DNA from: Trichoplax adhaerens
Taxonomy: Eukaryota > Animalia > Placozoa
Direction of reading: 5' to 3'
DNA: 64,000 bases
Assembly: GCF_000150275.1 (NCBI RefSeq)
Contig: NW_002060943.1
Location: 367,077-431,076, forward strand
The notes beneath the pieces were generated by a model. The model saw nothing but the letters and a program-made list of their open reading frames with translations. It ran no database searches and was not told where the DNA came from. This document shows positions 61,676-64,000 of this stretch, piece after piece; position 1 is the stretch's first letter, and every line of letters starts with the position of its first letter. The translations under genes and the position numbers were made by a program.

Positions 61676-64000
61676 TTACGATAGTTTCAGCATCTCGATC
61701 TCACGCCTGATTTCAGTTTCTAGTTGCAATTTTTCTACCTGGAATAAAAAATTTCAAGGGATTTTTATATCAGTAGCAACGAAAATTATAATAGCTAGCA
61801 ACAATGCATTTTTGTAGTCTGAGTACAAATAAGCATGATCATTCGAAATTCAATCAGATTTATAAGTTACAGTAGCTGAAAAATGTAGACGGCGCTAAAA
61901 AATAGTAAGTCGATCATGAGATCCTTTACTATCTTCAAGTAAGCGTATATAAAAATTAATTATTGCTCAGAAGATTAAGTTAAGTATAAGAACTGGTAGT
62001 TATATTATCAGTGTATTCGGAATTTTACCTGATTTGCTTCAAGCTTTTTTCCTTCACTCTGTTGCTCCTTAAGGTTTTCTATCTGGCGTAGTTTCTATAA
62101 TACCGTACAAAGCTTACAGTTACAGTTCAGTAATTCCATTTCTATCCAACAATAGCTTATTAAGTTCAGCGTCTAACCCTTTGCAGATTTTTAAGCTTTT
62201 TCTGGTTCTCTTGCTGACGCAGGGAGGATGAATTTTTTAATGCTGGTGCTTGACCACTAACATTTTGATTACCTGCAGCTTCACTATTACTAGTACTCTA
62301 GAAATTGTTATCAATATTAATTTATCTAAACTAATAATATAAAACATGTAAGCTTTTCAATACGACTTTTAAACACTGTTTGAGTAGATAAATTTAAATC
62401 AACCTCCTTAGATTTAGCTTTAGCATCTCTCTTTTTCTTGTTTTTTAACGCGGATTTAGATACTGGCTTGTCTATAATTTTTGAAAAATAAAATAGTGTA
62501 TGATATTTTAACAGCAAATGGATCGAAATATATCGATATAACACACCTATGGTTAAAGTAGACGAGTAAAACATTTTATTATCTGGCAGTTATCGTAATA
62601 ATCACTTACCATCTTTTGCATTTGATGAAAGAGTGAATTCTTGATCGTCGTGCTATAAAATAAAATAAATTCGTCTTAGTAACTGATAGTATTCTCTTAT
62701 TAAACAATGTTATTACCAACCAATTTAATTCTAGATTTAGCCCCCCTAGCTCCAGGAGGTCGATAGACAGCTGGTTTAGCTACATGCAAGTAAAGTATAA
62801 AAATTAATAAAGAATATGTCCTTCGAAGGTAGAAGGCTTGCAGTACCTTGATGCTTGGGTGCAAGCGTGGCACCTTCAATAGGTTTGCTGCTAATTTGAA
62901 ATGGCGGAAATAGATCACTTGGAACGGGCCTCCAGCGAACCTTTCGTAAAATATAAAGGCATATAATTCATTTTAACTTCATACATATTAGTGACAATGA
63001 TGCATCTTAACAAGAGGGAAATGCCTTTAAACTTATAGCCATAGAGTTTAAACTCTATCTAATTTAGCATTGTAACACAATGTAACTATTCAACTTTGAA
63101 ACAGCATAATTCATGACAAAATTACAGTAGTTACCTCCCATAATTCTTCTTTTGGTTTTATCACCTGCACTTCGTGCAGAAGAGAGCCAGAATAATGCCA
63201 AATTTTATATCTTACATATAGAATACCATCAATTACAAACATAGGGCAGTGGAATAATGCGAAATACAAAACTTGCACATGATCAGCTATATACTACATC
63301 TAACGCATGAGTACAATATGTTAGACTACGCTAGCTGGCACGTAGGTTACCCATTTCCTTGTCGCAATCGCGGAGCAGTCGTTGCTGTCGCAAAATACTG
63401 TCCGTCGGGACTCCATTCGAATTGTGTTGAATCGCTAGCCTATAGGAAGCGTGTTTGATAAATAAACGTAATCATTAACCTAAGTAAGCTATTTTAACAT
63501 TGTAGTCGTTTCTGCGATATATAACCGAAGCAAAGGTATTACAGATCACTGCATACTTATACATCTATGAGTTTTAGATGCCTGGAGTAGCTGAAATTAA
63601 TCGTAAGTAATAATAAAAGTGAAAATGGCGATCTTACTTGAAATTTAGAGATGAGTTTCAAGTCTTGCCTATTCCAAAATTCCTAGAATTATATTTACAT
63701 TTACATAGTATTTAGAATCCTAGGGCAAATACTGTAAAAGTAATCGATAATTTGTTTACCATTTCTCCTTTCAGGTTGCCAAATCCAGCGAGACAAATTA
63801 CTATCAGACTTAAAGAGTGATACTCTGCTATTTGAAGTTGAAATTATTACGTAATCACTAGTTACAGTTGAAAAATTGCAATATTTTTCTTGCACTAACG
63901 CATTTAGCATAGGTCAATTTAAAAAAGATACTAGTTCCTTGAGGATTAAAATATATCAAATTTCGATAAGAAGAACCAAATTCATGGATAGGATCGCATT
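61676..64000 (-). CDS. EIF2A: Eukaryotic translation initiation factor 2A (65-kDa beta-propeller protein), 3' part; gene continues past the window end
   Basis: FNPQGT|IICLAGFGNLKGEM|EFWN, FEWSPDGQYFATATTAPRLRQGNG|YKIWHYSG, AVYRPPGARG, SKSALKNKKKRDAK, KLRQIENLK...LEANQ|VEKL. Stop at 61678-61676. Confidence 0.94.
63801..63931 (-). other. Candidate U12-type GT-AG intron in eIF2A
   Basis: Minus-strand donor GTATCTTTTT; CTCTTTAAG with its adenines about 10-11 nt from the terminal AG; no polypyrimidine tract; phase 1. Confidence 0.6.

Overview
AT-rich, gene-dense eukaryotic (animal) DNA with many short introns, mostly about 70-200 nt. The compact architecture and protein sequences suggest an early-branching metazoan, most likely a placozoan (Trichoplax-like); this is an inference, not verified. 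Ten spliced protein-coding genes were reconstructed by hand: NUFIP1 (+), NCBP2/CBP20 (+), ANKRD42-like (-), a calpain-5/TRA-3-type protease (+), ATP6AP2 (+), an SH3-DH-PH RhoGEF of the Asef/SPATA13/collybistin family with a large low-complexity N-terminal exon (+), RagA/B (+), DCN1/DCUN1D1 (-), U2SURP/SR140 (+) and the 3' part of eIF2A (-). No rRNA, tRNA, CRISPR array or transposase ORF was recognised. Main observations: (1) The 5' regions of several genes are packed with TA-(CAG/CTG/CCG/CGG)-TA concatemers that match Tc1/mariner excision footprints, and one tandem-repeat copy has gained two CAGTA units at a TA relative to its sister copies. (2) NCBP2 has a clear AT-AC U12 intron, and eIF2A has a probable GT-AG U12 intron. 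(3) A foldback-like repeat block with a nested E-box-bearing insertion lies upstream of ATP6AP2. (4) Normally conserved residues are substituted in RagA (P-loop G>E), CBP20 (Y138>C) and the calpain (GHAY>LHAY). (5) U2SURP and eIF2A appear to share a palindromic poly(A) signal. Coordinates were counted by hand and may be off by a few nt.
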